Assembly (NCBI GenBank): GCA_965153355.1
Contig: OZ231126.1
Location: forward strand, 19,654,001-19,718,000
DNA from: Flaccisagitta enflata
Taxonomy: Eukaryota
Length of the DNA stretch: 64,000 nucleotides
Direction of reading: 5' to 3'
In this document: positions 61,301 to 64,000 of the stretch, in pieces
Position numbering within the stretch: position 1 is the first letter of the stretch
Layout of the letters: every line of letters begins with the position of its first letter
Position numbers and translations under genes: made by a program
The notes under the pieces: generated by a model
Told to the model about the DNA's origin: nothing
Seen by the model: only the letters and a program-made list of their open reading frames with translations
The model's database searches: none

Positions 61301-64000
61301 TTGCATACTTTTTGAACCAATCTTGCTTGTCGTGGTAAATACGATAATGCTGCGATCTACTCAGTTGGGGCTTGAAATAATATCGCTTGTCGCGTGAAAC
61401 ACTTCTGATTTTGCTCTGAAATCGAATTCAACTGCGTGTAAGATAGCGCCACGACGGCCAAACGCCAGCTTCTGTAATCGCGCAAGTGACACCCATGGAT
61501 AAAGCGCGTTGATTAGCTTTGGATTTTGTCCAAAAAACAACAGATCAAAGAAACACTGATTTTTAATATCAAATTTACTAACATGACATTGGACACAATT
61601 TCTTGTTCATGCATTCAGAGTTAAAGTCCAGGGACTTAAAGGTCAACTTAAGAGTAGGATTTCAATTTCTTTTTTAAGCTGAAGTGTTTCATTGATATAA
61701 TGGTGATTCTTTTTTTCATCAATGTCACTCATCAGGTTTGGAAGATATTTCACTTTTCACTCTAGATCTATTTCCTTACTCGGATGAAGACATATGTAAA
61801 GGTGATTTTTAAGGTGCAATTTTCCTTGTCATCATTGCCGTCTCGCTATACTGTGGCGAGTTACGCACAGGTATCACCTCTCACCAAAATATTTTTTTTT
61901 TCATGGCGCTATATTGCAAGACAGCCTGCGGCATGCAGTGGGATTCTCATTTGGTAAAGAAATGCACTCTCTGCTCATCTGAGTATCTGTCTATCTATTT
62001 TTTTCTTGATTTCAGTCAGTCTCTCTGTCTTTCTTGGCGCGCAATGATACATTGGAAGATCAACTCTGACTAAGAAATTATTTCAGTGGAGATGAGTTTT
62101 AAAAAAAAGTTGTAGGATAAGTGTTGCCTTTTTTCTCTATGTTTTAAATAAGAAAAGTTTGTAAAACATCTAAACCAGTAATGCTGAACATTTTTCATCA
62201 TCACAATTTTATTCAGCGTCCTCACTTTACTCAGAGAACTTTAAGTGCATTATGAACGAGCTTTTTAATCCCCGCGGTTTTCGCCGCCTAACTCAGTTGT
62301 TTTGTGTCTTATGGAACAAGGCCGGATACACGGCTACCCCAGTCGCGTGCGGGTGGGCAGGGGCCGTAATTGAGGTCACCAGATCATTTGGGCAGGAGCA
62401 GTGAAGCCAAAAATCCCACAAACCCAAAAAAAGTAAAGTGTGACCGACGGACAGACGGACGGACAGACGGACGGACAGAAGGACGGACCGACGGACGGAC
62501 CGACGGACCGACAAAGCGGGGTGTAGAGTCGCGTAGCACGCGACTAAAAACGAAGGTTTGAGAAGCTGATTTTGAGGCTAAGATGTCTGATTTGGGTCTA
62601 GGAGGTTGGATTTAGAGTCTATAAAAGGGCATGAGAGGCTAGGTATGGGATCGGAGTAGCCTAATTTTGGCTTATACAGGCTTGATTTTGGGCCTGGGAA
62701 GCCTGGTTTGAGGTTTTTGGGGGGGGGGTGTACAGACTGACGGAAAATGGAAACTGAAGGAAATTGCCCCAAGTGGAATCATAGGTCATCGGCCCCTCTG
62801 GGATCGCTGCCCAAAAAGGCAAAATTCCCATTGAAAAACCTGAAAAATTGATATCAAAATATTGTAATGAATAACTTTGAAAATTGCTAAAAAAGATTGA
62901 AAGTTTGCAAAATTCCCATAAAATAACAAGGCAAATTGACAAAAAATGAAAATGACAAAGCTCCAAAAGTGGCGAAGACGTGAGGATAAGGAGGGAGAGA
63001 TTCCCCCTGTGTTCTACAGGACTTTGCCCCCTTTGGGGCCGCAACCCATAAGGGATAACTGTTGTTTCTCACCTGATTTCGAAGAATAAAGAACAGCGCT
63101 ACGGTTTTAATCACACATTGCATTGGCTCTTGAAAGCACTAGCGCTAGTTTATACAATGAATTTTTTCCCATGAAAATATATATACGCAATTCCCTATCC
63201 CTGCACTTCACATCAACAGTAAAGACGTGGAATACACTTTCAAGCGGGTCTTCGACGAGAATGTGAGTCAATCCTCGTTATTCCGCATCGTTGGACTTCC
63301 TTTGGTCGACGACCTGCTGCGCGGCCGCAACGGGCTTCTCTTCACTTACGGTATCACCGGGAGCGGTAAGACGCACACCATGACGGGAACTCCGGCAGAC
63401 GGCGGTCTTTTGCCGCGATGCCTCGACGTTCTCTTCAACGCCATCAGAGATTTCCAGTCAAAGAAATACGTCTTTAAACCCGATAAATTGAACGGGTTTG
63501 ATGTGCAGAGTGAGGTAAGGAAATGTTGGCGAGTTGGCGTAGATAAGTTGATTGCAGCTTTGAGTATAATTTGAAAAGGAGCGTGTGAAAGAAGTTGTCT
63601 TAGGTTGCTGAACAATGAACATTACCTCGATAGTAATTCGCCTTAATACATCGCCGCCTTTCTCATTTCCGAACTCCAGGTTGATGCGATGTTGGAGCGT
63701 CAACAACGCGATATTCTGGCCCCCAAAACTCCCAAATCCACCACACCCGCTCCGGCCACGACGACTCCGGGAGATGTCAACGGCATTGGACGCCTCGCTG
63801 ACCCAACCAAGATCGAAGATGTGGTTGACGAGGATAACGCTTATGCCGTCTTTGTCGGTAATTTCTATGAAACGGATATTGGTGATGATGAGATGTGAAG
63901 AAGCCGACTGGCTGAGTCATTGAATTTTTTTTAAAAACCGCAGCGTAAAATGTTTTATGTCCCCTTCCGTTACAGGCTATTGCGAAATTTATAACAATTA
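55345..64000 (+). CDS. KIF23: Kinesin-6 KIF23/MKLP1/Pavarotti, 5' part (runs off the window)
   Basis: [83 protein letters not shown]. Exons 55345-55565, 63220-63514, 63680-63857, 63976-end. Confidence 0.95.
55700..56430 (+). mobile_element. DINE-1/HINE-like element, shorter copy of 25335-26665
   Basis: Near-identical 5' and 3' modules with fewer internal repeats. Confidence 0.8.
56444..57049. mobile_element. TA-flanked MITE
   Basis: TIR CCATCTCGGTCAAAAATATCGTCTCA / TGAGACGATATTTTTGACCAAGATGG; TA on both sides. Confidence 0.85.
57165..59486 (-). CDS. Nested antisense gene: 773-aa coiled-coil-like protein with two C-terminal MYND/zf-C6H2-like zinc fingers
   Basis: Uninterrupted 2.3-kb ORF with a polypyrimidine tract and AG acceptor at ~59518 just upstream of ATG 59486. 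Fingers CSSSVC...CCFQC...[20 protein letters not shown] and CSAFDC...CCEQC...[20 protein letters not shown]. Confidence 0.8.
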   Translation of the reverse strand: MSAASNGTSPTTTSNSSTKLNEPVTATASDRKQFEQWMASSDRHSFITKNRDEPTWQYTTFGLDHYQTYARCVDDMTLAYKIMESLHNKLFAKEKPKEQREQDSSMQHEPSSMSPTVIDDEFQSANHDRDPTSNEVRTEGAGNHSHPGSKAPCRQEAETSFKSSKLATAEEDLLAVTELGSKEEFIKASFNEQTRCMDKMYEKLDKSFIEMFTLEIQLKNLIITHANSKARQWFDSVKYWRSALKAATAEFKKAERDRAGGDTVDDLKRLRDVWYVTVNAKEEAEKANDSHCDWLGRLVNDDLSVDKHNFRDRKQRSDEAAKFATLISEKIASLAQNAGNFRREYENFLLKNQRLVEWKEFCFKFMNERLDQFFDANKTVGAVLTAEEREATRASRDDVIAGAKQIHATIKSFYQEMTKKISYAMKHQVPRCDPHRNMTQLPVAEDGQRCADCVRAGEATIAELSTAGKRTEIELLLFLKKAREKLPWIKRALWFVEHASGRVEVEPLFEAIDAATAKFADALSIIEKPRPNVIFELSHRLRYCSSSVCTKRESAPGTFRCCFQCQADHIPPRNFYCSEDCFLDDWKLVHYRCHDARKKEGIGEVTKRGSLLQECAQVKEEDDDEGAAADQVFLVGDDLDSEDDSIGVGENLQSQGRRCCCCRHSQLRRRRRNCSAFDCKRKENGTNGENENHQHEDAAAPFLCCEQCRRDGISPRAFYCSQECYAKDWLAVHRQFHKVRRRKLRGDSIGKAGQRKEENLIAEDDECSVYEVE
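62315..62550 (-). mobile_element. DINE-1/HINE-like short element
   Basis: AACAAGGCCGGATACACGGC end, (GACG)n microsatellite, terminal hairpin AGTCGCGTagcACGCGACT next to an A-tract. Confidence 0.75.

Overview
Intron-rich, repeat-rich genomic DNA from an invertebrate animal, with signs of local assembly noise. Host genes, all on the + strand: the last exon of an upstream gene, a divergent SWEET-like transporter, the P4-ATPase ATP9, Rab8, RYBP/YAF2, UBA2/SAE2 and the 5' part of KIF23. KIF23 intron 1 holds an antisense, essentially single-exon gene with two MYND/zf-C6H2-like fingers. Main signal 1: a structurally complete 9,273-bp LTR element (27163-36435, - strand) in an ATP9 intron. It has apparently identical 671-bp LTRs, a 4-bp TSD, a tRNA-Gly PBS and a PPT, but no recognisable pol. 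It encodes a novel Ser/Arg/Pro-rich protein followed by a Gag-like protein whose zinc knuckle is replaced by an Arg/Asp repeat tail. A divergent relative with the same Gag architecture and no pol lies at 1-3947. Main signal 2: two inverted multi-kb arrays of a 134-136-bp repeat (3948-8445 and 13685-17523) that look like the arms of a giant foldback-type element. Many MITEs and DINE-1/HINE-like repeats fill the introns. All calls are by eye; no searches were run.
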